Source of the DNA: Bdellovibrio sp.
GTDB taxonomy: Bacteria; Bdellovibrionota; Bdellovibrionia; Bdellovibrionales; Bdellovibrionaceae
Length of the DNA: 64,000 bases
Assembly: GCA_036677065.1 (NCBI GenBank)
Contig: JAKFBS010000001.1
Span: 512,001 to 576,000 of the forward strand
Direction of reading: 5' to 3'
The first letter of the stretch is position 1; every line of letters starts with the position of its first letter. Of this stretch, positions 49,609-59,741 are shown piece after piece. Position numbers and translations under genes: made by a program. The notes under the pieces are model-generated. The model saw only the letters and a program-made list of their open reading frames with translations, was not told the DNA's origin and searched no databases.

Positions 49609-49790
49609 ACGGTTTAACAAAGCAAAGACTGTGCTTGATCTATATCACCGTGGTGCGTTTGGGTTCTTAAAGTAGCTACAAGTTCGACAGCTGTGTGTAA
49701 TGTTAGACGATAGCCCAGACACAGCAGTCTTAAGTACAGAAGCACAGGGGTCTAGTATCATATTTAATAAGCTAAATTTATTATGGTGTA

Positions 49791-50336
49791 ATGAGAAAAA
49801 TATTACTAATTTCAATGACTTTTGTGCTTGGCCTAGTTTGGTTCTTATCAGCAAGTGGGCAGGAAAAAGATCGTCCCATCGAATATGTATTAAACGCTGA
49901 TCAACGTTGGATCGAGGATTTCGAATCTTCTGCACTACGTTCAGGTTACAAAGTTTATAAATTAGAAAAAGATCCCCGCATTGTTCTGACTTTAGGGATT
50001 GAAACTGTCAGCATGAAAGCTGAATTTTCAAAAGCAGAAATCAACGCTTACGCTAATAAATTGATGGATGCAAAAAACTTCATTGATGATGCTTTTAATA
50101 CGCCGTTAGCGAAGTTAACTAAAGCAAGCACCTGTAACAAAGACGGCGTTCCTTGTTTAAGTCTTGAGATGGAAAAAGATTTTAAAGCAGGCACATTCAA
50201 ATTGATTGATAAATATTTTATGGCTGATGACCGTACAGTACTAGCAACGATCAAATGGCCAAAGTCTGCTGATTCAAATGTCATCAAAGCGGCCTATAAC
50301 GATTATCAGAATATCCAGATCGTGAAGGTTAAATAA
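49791..50336 (+). CDS. Secreted hypothetical protein
   Basis: Signal peptide; alpha/beta pattern; two Cys. Confidence 0.65.
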   Translation: MRKILLISMTFVLGLVWFLSASGQEKDRPIEYVLNADQRWIEDFESSALRSGYKVYKLEKDPRIVLTLGIETVSMKAEFSKAEINAYANKLMDAKNFIDDAFNTPLAKLTKASTCNKDGVPCLSLEMEKDFKAGTFKLIDKYFMADDRTVLATIKWPKSADSNVIKAAYNDYQNIQIVKVK

Positions 50337-50337
50337 T

Positions 50338-52494
50338 ATGGCCTTCTTAAAAAACTTAATAAAAATCAGTGTTTTCAGTTTTTTAATTTTTGCCGGTTTG
50401 CAAGCGAACGCGGCCGACAAATGTGCTGGCGCTGATAAAGCAAAATATTTAAAGGCGGGAAGTTTTGAGTCTGCTCCTGGCCAAAGAATTATTCGCTTCA
50501 AACAATTAAGAGATGATTTAAAGGGTGCCTTAGAAAAAGGTGAAGCCGATCGTTCGCAATGTTTATATGATCTTTATGATAAATCGGCGCAGGACGAAGC
50601 CGGATTTTGGCAAGCCAAAGCGGCGGCTGAAGGTTGCGATTTAGAAAATCCAAAAGAGTGTCCGGATCCAGAGACGCCGCGCAGTTTAAAATTTTTAGAG
50701 AACATCCATAAAGAACTAGAAGCTGATTTAAAAGAAGACATCGCAAAAATTCCAGCAACAGAAGCAGCAGCAGCGGCTGAATGTAATGATTGCGAAGTGA
50801 ATTCAGACTTAGAAGATCAAGCAGCTCTTGCCGATTACTTAAAGCACGATCAATGTTGCGGATCTAAGGATGCTAAAACGGATGGAGAAATGGGCGTTGT
50901 GCGCGAACGTTACGCTGGTATTTCTTATAATCAATGTTTAGCTAAAACAGATAAGAATGCTAAAGCGAGCGGACTGCAAACGGCAGGCTCTTGTATTGCT
51001 GGTTTAGTGATGAGCGTATTTAAAGGTATGTTTGATGGCGTAGTTGGCTTTTTCAAATTGCCTGGAGAACTTATCGCAGCCCGTGCTCAAATTTGGGCGA
51101 TTATCACAGATTCAGATGAACGTGCAAAATTCTTCGAGCACATTAAAAATTCGCTTTTAGAGTTCATCGGTGTTCAAAGTGGTGATTTAACAAACTGTTT
51201 AAATGCTGAAGCGAAAACGAAAATGTACTGCGAAAATGCTGGCGAAGTTATCGGTTTCTTAGCATCACCTGCGTTGATCGGAAATATTTTTAAAATCGCA
51301 AAACTTGGCGTTAAGGCTGCAGCTGCAGCCATGAAAACGAGCTTAGCATCGACTGCAAAAGGTGCAAGAATGCTAGCGAAAATGAGTAAGGTTGTGAAAG
51401 CGGCTGAAACTGTCGGCGGTAAAACTAAAGCCATCGCAAGTAAAGTCGGAAAAAGTGCTAAATTAGTCGGTATGACAGTGCAGACTTCAAGAATTGCAAA
51501 AACTATCGTGAAGTTAGGCTCGCCGTTTACTCGCGGGGCTGTGAGCGCTTACAAAACTCTCGCTCCAATAGCAAGAGTGGGTGGAAAAATTATTGCGTTA
51601 CCAAGTAACATTACTAATAAGGCGATTATTGCCGGTTTCAATGCTGGCCAAAAAGTTGTTGCCAACATCGCAGCGAAAAAAGGGGCACAAGTTATTACAG
51701 CAAGTGCAGTAGCAGCTCCAGGTGTTGCAGGTGCTGTGGATGATGCGGCCGCTGCTGCTGGAAAAGCTACAACGGCTCCGCCAACAATGGCGCATGGTGC
51801 ACCACTTGAACCAGTTACGCCGACTTCAATATCGGGTAAACCAACTACAATTCAAGTTGAAGCAAGATCATCAGGAGGAGATGCAGCTGGTGGAAATTCG
51901 AAAACTATCAGTTATCCAACTGGTTCAACTCCAGCTCCTGCAGCAGGTAATCCGTACGTGGGAACACCAGCTCGTAATTTAAGAGTGAACTTATCAGGTA
52001 CAAACTCACAGCTTGCGCGTATTGAGCAGCAACTTGCGGCAAATCCAGCAGATGCAGCACTTCTGCAAAGACAAAGTGATCTGTTGGCTAAAAAATCATT
52101 GCTTGATGAAGCGTTAGCTCCGAAGCCCGCAGCACCTACTGCGGTAGATAAAGTTAAAGATGGTTCTATTAAATTATTTCAAGGCGCTCCGAAAGAAGTA
52201 GCGACAACACCGCAAGTAAAAGCTGCGGAAAGAAATATTCAAACGCGTTCAAAACGTGGCGGCGAAGCTCAGGCTAAAACTTACATCGCTGGCGAAAGAG
52301 AACGTTTGAATGGTTTACTTTCTAAGTACGACCAAGAATTAAATGCTGTTAAAGGTGAAGCTGCGGCAGCTCGCCCTGCGAAAGAAAAAGTAATTCAAGA
52401 TAAAATGAGAGATGCTCGTCAGCGCTTAGATGCTCTAGAAAAAGCTGAAAGAAATCTTCAATACCGCCAATGGGAAGCTCAAGAAGCTGGATAG
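50338..52494 (+). CDS. Large secreted Cys-rich / Ala-Lys-rich hypothetical protein
   Basis: 718 aa; signal peptide ending ANA; about 12 Cys in the N-terminal half; amphipathic Ala/Lys region; Pro/Ala linker; C-terminal coiled coil. Confidence 0.75.
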   Translation: MAFLKNLIKISVFSFLIFAGLQANAADKCAGADKAKYLKAGSFESAPGQRIIRFKQLRDDLKGALEKGEADRSQCLYDLYDKSAQDEAGFWQAKAAAEGCDLENPKECPDPETPRSLKFLENIHKELEADLKEDIAKIPATEAAAAAECNDCEVNSDLEDQAALADYLKHDQCCGSKDAKTDGEMGVVRERYAGISYNQCLAKTDKNAKASGLQTAGSCIAGLVMSVFKGMFDGVVGFFKLPGELIAARAQIWAIITDSDERAKFFEHIKNSLLEFIGVQSGDLTNCLNAEAKTKMYCENAGEVIGFLASPALIGNIFKIAKLGVKAAAAAMKTSLASTAKGARMLAKMSKVVKAAETVGGKTKAIASKVGKSAKLVGMTVQTSRIAKTIVKLGSPFTRGAVSAYKTLAPIARVGGKIIALPSNITNKAIIAGFNAGQKVVANIAAKKGAQVITASAVAAPGVAGAVDDAAAAAGKATTAPPTMAHGAPLEPVTPTSISGKPTTIQVEARSSGGDAAGGNSKTISYPTGSTPAPAAGNPYVGTPARNLRVNLSGTNSQLARIEQQLAANPADAALLQRQSDLLAKKSLLDEALAPKPAAPTAVDKVKDGSIKLFQGAPKEVATTPQVKAAERNIQTRSKRGGEAQAKTYIAGERERLNGLLSKYDQELNAVKGEAAAARPAKEKVIQDKMRDARQRLDALEKAERNLQYRQWEAQEAG

Positions 52495-52523
52495 ATTTTT
52501 AAGAGTTCTGCTATAGGGGCAAA

Positions 52524-53249
52524 ATGAAACAATTAACTTTATTGATTATTATCATTTTGACCTCTTTGTTTACGAATACTTATGTATTCGCTAAAGAAAA
52601 ATTAAAATACAGATATGAAGGCAATGATAAAATACTAAAATATAACGGAATTATCTTTCGTGCTGATAAATCTGTTTCTGACTTAGTTATTTTACGGTCG
52701 CATGCAATCATCGATGCGATGCTCGCAAATGATGAATATATGCGAAGACAGCTAACTGAAATGGATTTTCAGATTAATTTTACACCATCAGGTGGAAAAA
52801 TAACGGATGTCGATAACTATGCTGAATTCAAAGGTAAAAAAGTAAAGTTTAAGACTTCACCATCGGGCAGCGGAAATTTTGAAGATCAGGTTGCTGGCCT
52901 AGCTGAATTTCATCAACTGATCGTTCCTGAAGATGATCTAGGCGGGATAGGTAAAGGGCGGATCATGGTGCATGAGTTCGCGCATGCTATTCATTTTTAC
53001 ATGCCCCAAGATGAACAACGACAAATTAGTAAAGCTTTTGAAAACGCCCGACGTAAGAGGCTGTATGCACCGAATTTATATATCAATGAGAATTCATTCG
53101 AGTATTGGGCCGAATCTACGACAGCTTGGTTTAATGTCCAATGGAAGTCTCGTTCAGATGGGATTAATACGCGCAAAGCTCTAGAGGACCACGATCCAGA
53201 GATTTCAAAAATATTAAAAAAAATCTATGGTGATTCAAAGTTTCCGTAA
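52524..53249 (+). CDS. Secreted zinc metallopeptidase (HEXXH, lethal-factor/MtfA-like fold)
   Basis: Signal peptide; VHEFAHAIH...Y...N..EYWAE...WF...L...DP. Confidence 0.75.
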   Translation: MKQLTLLIIIILTSLFTNTYVFAKEKLKYRYEGNDKILKYNGIIFRADKSVSDLVILRSHAIIDAMLANDEYMRRQLTEMDFQINFTPSGGKITDVDNYAEFKGKKVKFKTSPSGSGNFEDQVAGLAEFHQLIVPEDDLGGIGKGRIMVHEFAHAIHFYMPQDEQRQISKAFENARRKRLYAPNLYINENSFEYWAESTTAWFNVQWKSRSDGINTRKALEDHDPEISKILKKIYGDSKFP

Positions 53250-53336
53250 GGGCGCCAAAAATGCAAAAAGCTTCAGGTGGATAACCTGATTAAAAGTATT
53301 TAGTAATCTAGATTCTGTACGTTAATTCCTAGAAAT

Positions 53337-53367
53337 AAAAAACCCACATTTTTTAGATGTGGGTTTT
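53337..53367. terminator. Rho-independent terminator (icd; possibly bidirectional)
   Basis: AAAACCCACAT-tttttag-ATGTGGGTTTT between convergent genes. Confidence 0.75.
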
Positions 53368-53405
53368 GAAGATGGAACGCTGCTCCCCAAAAAGGGACGG
53401 CCTAC

Positions 53406-54635
53406 CTATAGAGTCATAGCTTTTTTTAGATTCGAATCGATTTTATCTAAGAATGGCTCTGTGTTCATGTACTTATCAGTAGGAACTTTATCGCCGTAGA
53501 TGCAAACCGCTAAATCTTTTGTCATGAAACCAGCTTCAACTGTTTCAACACATACTTTTTCTAAAGTTTGTGCGAATTTAGCTAAAGGTGGATTGTTATC
53601 AAGTTTAGCTCTGTGCTCAAGACCACGAGTCCAAGCAAAGATTGATGCGATTGGATTTGTCGAAGTTGGTTTACCTTGTTGGTGCATACGGTAGTGACGA
53701 GTCACTGTTCCGTGAGCGGCTTCTGATTCCATTGTTTTACCATCTGGAGTGATTAATACAGAAGTCATTAAACCTAAAGAACCAAAACCTTGTGCAACAG
53801 TATCAGACTGAACGTCGCCATCGTAGTTCTTACAAGCCCATACGAAGTTACCGTTCCATTTAAGAGCTGAAGCCACCATGTCATCAATTAGGCGATGTTC
53901 ATATGTGATACCAGCAGCATCAAATTGAGTTTTGAATTCAGTTTGGTAAATGTTTTCAAAAATATCTTTAAAACGACCATCATATTTTTTAAGGATCGTG
54001 TTTTTAGTTGATAAGTATAAAGGCCATTTTTTAGTTAATGCCTGGTTAAAGCAAGAGCGCGCAAAACCTGTGATTGATTCATCAGTGTTGTACATAGCCA
54101 TTGCGATACCATCACCTTTGAAGTTGTAAACTTCGTGAGTGATCGTGTCGCCGCCACCTTCAGGTTGAAAAGTAATAGTTAATTTACCTTTACCTTTAGT
54201 TACGAAATCAGTTGCGCGGTATTGATCGCCGAATGCGTGACGACCGATGCAGATTGGCGCTGTCCAGTTAGGAACTAAACGAGGCACGTTTGCGCAAAGG
54301 ATTGGTTCGCGAAACACTGTACCATCAAGGATGTTACGGATTGTTCCGTTTGGTGATTTCCACATTTGTTTTAATTTGAATTCAGTTACGCGTTGTTCAT
54401 CAGGAGTGATTGTCGCGCACTTGATACCGACGTTGTACTTTTTGATCGCTTCAGCAGCGTCAACAGTGACTTGATCGTTAGTTTGGTCACGGTATTCCAT
54501 GCCTAAGTCATAATATTTAATGTCGATATCTAGGTAAGGTAGGATTAATTTATCTTTGATAAATTTCCAGATGATTCTTGTCATTTCATCGCCATCTAGC
54601 TCAACCACTGGGTTAGCTACTTTGATCTTTTGCAT
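53406..54635 (-). CDS. icd: NADP-dependent isocitrate dehydrogenase (type II)
   Basis: [39 protein letters not shown] and [11 protein letters not shown]. Confidence 0.97.
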   Translation of the reverse strand: MQKIKVANPVVELDGDEMTRIIWKFIKDKLILPYLDIDIKYYDLGMEYRDQTNDQVTVDAAEAIKKYNVGIKCATITPDEQRVTEFKLKQMWKSPNGTIRNILDGTVFREPILCANVPRLVPNWTAPICIGRHAFGDQYRATDFVTKGKGKLTITFQPEGGGDTITHEVYNFKGDGIAMAMYNTDESITGFARSCFNQALTKKWPLYLSTKNTILKKYDGRFKDIFENIYQTEFKTQFDAAGITYEHRLIDDMVASALKWNGNFVWACKNYDGDVQSDTVAQGFGSLGLMTSVLITPDGKTMESEAAHGTVTRHYRMHQQGKPTSTNPIASIFAWTRGLEHRAKLDNNPPLAKFAQTLEKVCVETVEAGFMTKDLAVCIYGDKVPTDKYMNTEPFLDKIDSNLKKAMTL

Positions 54636-54719
54636 GTGAACTCCTATTTAATTTTTAATGCGGGTTTTAATATAGGATTTCTTTCGCGTTTAGGCACGTC
54701 CTAATGCTATGTTCATAGA

Positions 54720-55760
54720 GTGAAAAAAGACACTCCTCTCATTAAGGTTTCAGGACTTCCAACTTTAGCGCAGGTTTCGCACCCCGAACGCCAATCTGTG
54801 GTGGTTTTTGACCGTATTTTGCTAAAAAACAAAGCTTTTAAAAAATGGATTGCCCAATTTGACCTCGCTCTGCCAGTTCAAGCCGGGGAGTCGTTAAAAA
54901 CTGTGCAACGTTACGCGCAGGTTTTGAATCAGCTACAAACTTGGCAAAAACAAAATCTGATTACCAAGAAGCTACAGTTTGTTGCGATCGGTGGCGGATC
55001 AGTTGGCGATTTCACCGGATTTCTGGCTTCGACTTATCAACGGGGCTGTCCGTTGGTGCAAATTCCTTCAACGTGGCTTGCAGCTGTAGATTCAGCCCAT
55101 GGTGGTAAGAACGGTTTAAATTTAAACCACACAAAAAATCAAATCGGAACTATATACCCAGCCGATAAAATTATTTTATCTAAAGAATTATTGCTGAATC
55201 AGCCCGAAGATCGTTTAACTGAAGCTTTCGGCGAGATTATTAAAATCTGTCTGATCAATCAGCCAAAACTTTATAATCAAATTCAATTCACTGAAAAATT
55301 TGTCTGGAATAACTTAGAAAAATTTATTTCAGCAAAAATGCAGGTTGTACATAAAGACCCTTTTGAAAAAACAGGCTACCGTCATATTTTAAATTTAGGT
55401 CATACTATGGGGCATGTGTATGAATCAGCTCTGGGCTTATCGCATGGTAAAGCCGTTTTAATGGGAATGATTTTTTCTGCGCGCTGGAGTTTTCACCTTG
55501 GCAAGCTTTCGCAAAAGAACTTTATTCAATTAGCTCAGTTAATTACCGATATGCCTCACGGCGAATTGGATTTTGCAAAAGCGCATAAGATTTCAAAACA
55601 AAAAATCGAAAGTGCGCTTCGTCAGGATAAAAAATCCGTAGCTGCAAAAGAAAAATCATTACGTTTTATCTTTATTAAAAAACCAGGTGATGTGTTCGTG
55701 GCTGAAAAGAAAGTCAGCGATATCGTTGCTGAATTTGAACGCCAAAGGTTTCACGTATGA
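54720..55760 (+). CDS. aroB: 3-dehydroquinate synthase
   Basis: AGESLK, AIGGGSVGDFTGF, PSTWLAAVDSAHGGKNG, KNQIG, LNLGHTMGH and HGKAV. Confidence 0.92.
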   Translation: MKKDTPLIKVSGLPTLAQVSHPERQSVVVFDRILLKNKAFKKWIAQFDLALPVQAGESLKTVQRYAQVLNQLQTWQKQNLITKKLQFVAIGGGSVGDFTGFLASTYQRGCPLVQIPSTWLAAVDSAHGGKNGLNLNHTKNQIGTIYPADKIILSKELLLNQPEDRLTEAFGEIIKICLINQPKLYNQIQFTEKFVWNNLEKFISAKMQVVHKDPFEKTGYRHILNLGHTMGHVYESALGLSHGKAVLMGMIFSARWSFHLGKLSQKNFIQLAQLITDMPHGELDFAKAHKISKQKIESALRQDKKSVAAKEKSLRFIFIKKPGDVFVAEKKVSDIVAEFERQRFHV

Positions 55761-56935
55761 GTTTTTCATTTACTGGAAGCTTAGACATTTCAAAATCCTG
55801 GATGAATCGGGCACTTATTCTTAGATCATACCAGCCAGAATTAGAAATTATCGGAAGCTCTAAGGCTGATGATGTTCAGCTTCTGGAGAAATGCCTAGCC
55901 GACCTTAAAGAAGGTAAAAAAGAATTCTACGTTGGCTTTGGTGGCACGACGTTTCGCTTTTTTGCTTTACGCGCATCACGTGAAATCGGCTATTTCGTTA
56001 TTCATGGTGAAAAGAAATTATTTTCACGTCCACAAGATGAGTTAATCAAAATTTTAAAGCAAGTTGGCGTTACAGCCACTTTTAATACTGATAAAACTGA
56101 GTTTCATATTGAAAGCAAGGGCTGGCGCTCAGACGAAGACTGTTTAGCCCTGTCTGTTGATTCAAGTGAATCAAGCCAGTTTCTAACTTCGGTGCTATTA
56201 AATTCAGTGCATTTGCCGTTTGATTTACAAATTGAAACGTCAAAAGTAACTTCAGAAAGTTATTTTAATTACACGCAAAGAATGATGGCCAGTTACGGTT
56301 TTGCGATTGATGATTTATTTATTTCTAGATCGCAAAAACTTCGGCCGCAAACGATTCAAGGCGAAGTGGATGTCAGTTCATTTGCAAGCCTTGCCGCAGC
56401 TGCAGTCTTAGGTGGAAAAGTTCATTTAACTAACTGGAATAAGTTTTCAGTGCAACCTGATATGGAATTTGTCGCTTTTTTTAAACGCATGGCGATCAAA
56501 TTTATCACTGAAGAAAATAATTTTTATATTTCTGAACAAAGACAATGGTCATCGTTAAAAGCAAATTTTGAACGCTGTCCAGATTTATTTCCGGTGATGG
56601 CGGTGTTATGCGCTTTCGCTGAAGGCAGCAGTCATTTATTTGGGGCGCATCAGTTAGTGCATAAAGAATCAAACCGCTTAGAAAAAACTTTTGAATTATT
56701 ACAGCGCTGTGGTTTTGCAGTTGAGAAACTGGAAGACGGTTTAAAGATTCATGGCAATCCCGTCGCTAAGTACCGGCACAAAGATTTAATTCAATTTAAT
56801 CCAGATCATGATCACCGTATGGCTTTTGCCGCAAGACTTCTGCAGTTAAAAGGTTTTCCAGTGCAGATCACTGATCCTGATGTGATTAACAAGAGTTATC
56901 CGCAGTTTTACCAACATACGGGATTAGAAGTATGA
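55757..56935 (+). CDS. aroA: EPSP synthase
   Basis: SKSWMNRA, GTTFRF, SSQF, PDLFP, KESNR, DHRMA and KSYP; ATGA overlap with aroB. Confidence 0.9.
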   Translation: MSFSFTGSLDISKSWMNRALILRSYQPELEIIGSSKADDVQLLEKCLADLKEGKKEFYVGFGGTTFRFFALRASREIGYFVIHGEKKLFSRPQDELIKILKQVGVTATFNTDKTEFHIESKGWRSDEDCLALSVDSSESSQFLTSVLLNSVHLPFDLQIETSKVTSESYFNYTQRMMASYGFAIDDLFISRSQKLRPQTIQGEVDVSSFASLAAAAVLGGKVHLTNWNKFSVQPDMEFVAFFKRMAIKFITEENNFYISEQRQWSSLKANFERCPDLFPVMAVLCAFAEGSSHLFGAHQLVHKESNRLEKTFELLQRCGFAVEKLEDGLKIHGNPVAKYRHKDLIQFNPDHDHRMAFAARLLQLKGFPVQITDPDVINKSYPQFYQHTGLEV

Positions 56936-58662
56936 AGAGAATCCTCATCGGCCACCGCGGCGTGGGTAAATCATCATTGTTAGAACGACATGAAGAGTAT
57001 TTTCCAGAAACTCCATGCAAAGATTTAGATGCCGTCATCACTGAAAAAGAAAACCAAGCGGTGAGCGATATTTTTAGTTCTCGCGGTGAAGCGGCTTTTC
57101 GCGAGTTAGAAAAAAAATATTTTCTTGAATTGATCACGAGCCCAAATTACTGCATTTCTGTTGGTGCAGGTTTTAATACAGAACTATTGCCTGCAGATGC
57201 AGAAATTGTTTATGTCAGCCGTAGAACTGATTCTGATGGCCGTATTTTTTTAAATCGTCCACGTCTTAACCCAGAAGTCTCAGCTTTAGCCGAATCTATT
57301 CAGCGCTATCAGGCCCGCGAGCCCGGCTTTAGGAAAGTGGCGTCATGGGTTTATCATTTGCCTGAAGGTTTATGCGAAAGTGATGAATTTGAAGAAGCGA
57401 TTTTTAAAAAAGATTTTAAAATCGAGCATGCTTATTACACGCTAGCTAACGAGCAAGAAATCAAACTTTGGCCTAATTTAGATAAATTTGAATTACGCAC
57501 GGATGTTTTTAAAATTGAAGATATTAAACGCATCACTGAAAGTTACACAGATAAACGCTTTATAGTTTCAGTCAGATCACAAATTACGGCTTTAGAGCTT
57601 CGTGGCTTAAAAGTAGATTGGGCCCTTGAGTGCGGGCCAATACCAGCAAATGTAAATGCACAGATTATTTCACTTCATGAAGGTGATTTTGTTCAGGCGC
57701 TGACTTTGATGCAGCAACAGCCTGAAGGTAAACATTTAAAATTTTGTCCGGTCATCAACTCTTGGGATGAATTAATCATTGGTTATCAATGGCAACAAGA
57801 TGATCCTAAAAATCGCAGTTTTTTGCCACGTTCGCCTGAAGGTGTAAAAAGCCGTTGGCGTTGGTTCAGAAATCTATCTTGGACAAAACAAAAGATTAAT
57901 TTTGTTCAAGGTTTAAAAGACTTTGATGATCAGCCAAGTATTTATGAATATTTATTAAGTCAGAATCCGAATAAACATTTTGGCGCAGTTCTGGGTGATC
58001 CAATTCATCATTCACGAACGCCGGCGACCCAAGGCCCGAACATGCAAGATTACGGAATGATTTTAGCCGTGCCATTAAGTGAAGAAGATTTCACGCAAGG
58101 AATTTCATTCTTGCAAGAGCTGGGTTTACAATTTGCAGCCGTCACTTCACCGTTAAAATTAAAAGCCGCAGAGTTAATTGGCGCCAGCCAAACTGATATG
58201 GGCATTAATTCACTCTATTTTCAACATTTACACTGGGCAGGAATCTCAAGTGATGCCGATGGTTTTGAAACCATGGTTGAAGAATCTGATATTCCTGATT
58301 TGAAAAAATTAAATATCGCCATCTGGGGTGGTGGTGGTGTGATCAGTGCTTTAAAAGAAGTGCTGCCGCAAGCCGTAGAATATTCAGCGCGCACAGGTGA
58401 GCGCCGTGATCAAAAAAATGATCCTGCATTTGTACCGGATGTTGTTGTCTGGGCAGCGCCTAGAGCTGATGGTGTGCAATTACCGCCGAAAGATTGGCAG
58501 CCGAAATATATTTTAGATTTAAATTATGTCGAAAATTCAATGGGACTTGAATATGCACAACGGGAATCAAAAGCTGTGTATTTTTCAGGTTTAGAAATGT
58601 TTTATGCCCAAGCGAAAAAACAATTTAAGTTTTGGGCTAAATACTTAATGGCGGAAGGGTAA
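56932..58662 (+). CDS. Trifunctional shikimate kinase / type I dehydroquinase / shikimate dehydrogenase fusion (AroK-AroD-AroE)
   Basis: AroK: IGHRGVGKS, DLD, IF...GEAAFRELE. AroD-like: FELRTD, IISLH, HLK. AroE: GDPIHHSRTP, VTSPLK, D..GF, WGGGG, DLNY, GLEMF..QA. Confidence 0.82.
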   Translation: MKRILIGHRGVGKSSLLERHEEYFPETPCKDLDAVITEKENQAVSDIFSSRGEAAFRELEKKYFLELITSPNYCISVGAGFNTELLPADAEIVYVSRRTDSDGRIFLNRPRLNPEVSALAESIQRYQAREPGFRKVASWVYHLPEGLCESDEFEEAIFKKDFKIEHAYYTLANEQEIKLWPNLDKFELRTDVFKIEDIKRITESYTDKRFIVSVRSQITALELRGLKVDWALECGPIPANVNAQIISLHEGDFVQALTLMQQQPEGKHLKFCPVINSWDELIIGYQWQQDDPKNRSFLPRSPEGVKSRWRWFRNLSWTKQKINFVQGLKDFDDQPSIYEYLLSQNPNKHFGAVLGDPIHHSRTPATQGPNMQDYGMILAVPLSEEDFTQGISFLQELGLQFAAVTSPLKLKAAELIGASQTDMGINSLYFQHLHWAGISSDADGFETMVEESDIPDLKKLNIAIWGGGGVISALKEVLPQAVEYSARTGERRDQKNDPAFVPDVVVWAAPRADGVQLPPKDWQPKYILDLNYVENSMGLEYAQRESKAVYFSGLEMFYAQAKKQFKFWAKYLMAEG

Positions 58663-58669
58663 ACTTTCA

Positions 58670-59638
58670 ATGTCTGCAAATACTTTTGGTCAGCGTTTTC
58701 AAATGATGTCTTTTGGCGAAAGCCACGGTTCAGCTTACGGTGTAGTCATTGATGGCATGCCTGCAGGGGTCAAATACGACGAAGCCTTGTTATTAAAAAA
58801 CTTAAGCCGTCGTAAACCAGGTTCTAGCGCTTTTGTAACAGCTAGAAATGAATCAGACCAGCCAGAAATCTTAAGCGGATTTTTTGAAGGTCAATCACTA
58901 GGAACCCCGATTGCTGTTGTGGTCAGAAACGAAAATCAAAAATCAGCTGATTACGATAAAATTCAAAACGAAGCGCGCATCGGCCATGCTGACGACACGT
59001 GGAAAAACAAATTCGGTCATAGCGATCATCGCGGTGGCGGAAGATCTTCAGGCCGTGAAACATTAAACCGTGTGATCGCGGGAAGTTTTGCGCAAATGCT
59101 GATGACTCAAGTGTCTGCAAATATTCAAGTGATGGCTTACGCAAAAAAAATCGGAAACATTGATATCAAAGAAGCTTCAGCCGAATTACCCAAAGATATT
59201 CAAACGATGTTAGAAAAAGCAAAAACCGAAGGTGAAAGTTACGGCGGCGTTGTTGAATGCCGCATCTCTCAGGCGCCGGCTAATTTAGGCCAACCTGTAT
59301 TTCATAAATTCAAAGCAGACCTTGCTCAAAGCATGATGTCATTAGGAGCAACGACGGGTTTTGAATTAGGAGCCGGTTTTGAAGGTTTAGCTCTTAAAGG
59401 CACTGAGTTTCATGAAAAAATGCTTTCGCAAAATTACGGCGGCATTCGTGGTGGTATCACTACCGGTGAAGACATTGTTTTCAGAGTAGGATTTAAACCG
59501 ACATCATCAATTAAAGATGTGGCTAAAAAAGGCCGTCATGATCCGTGTATTATTCCGCGTGCGATTCCGGTGATTGAAGCCATCTGTTGGCATTTACTAG
59601 CAGATCACTGGTTGTGGAGTCGTACCGACCGCGCCTAG
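58670..59638 (+). CDS. aroC: Chorismate synthase
   Basis: FGESHG, GTPIA, RIGHAD, RGGGRSSGRET, GGIRGGITTG, FKPTSSI and GRHDPC. Confidence 0.96.
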   Translation: MSANTFGQRFQMMSFGESHGSAYGVVIDGMPAGVKYDEALLLKNLSRRKPGSSAFVTARNESDQPEILSGFFEGQSLGTPIAVVVRNENQKSADYDKIQNEARIGHADDTWKNKFGHSDHRGGGRSSGRETLNRVIAGSFAQMLMTQVSANIQVMAYAKKIGNIDIKEASAELPKDIQTMLEKAKTEGESYGGVVECRISQAPANLGQPVFHKFKADLAQSMMSLGATTGFELGAGFEGLALKGTEFHEKMLSQNYGGIRGGITTGEDIVFRVGFKPTSSIKDVAKKGRHDPCIIPRAIPVIEAICWHLLADHWLWSRTDRA

Positions 59639-59741
59639 CCAGCCGCGTATAGTGTCGATGTGTAAAAGACTCAGACAATCTAAAGATTCATAAGCTTTTT
59701 ATGAGCTTTAGGGCGGCCTAAAAATCGCTATCAAACAGGAT

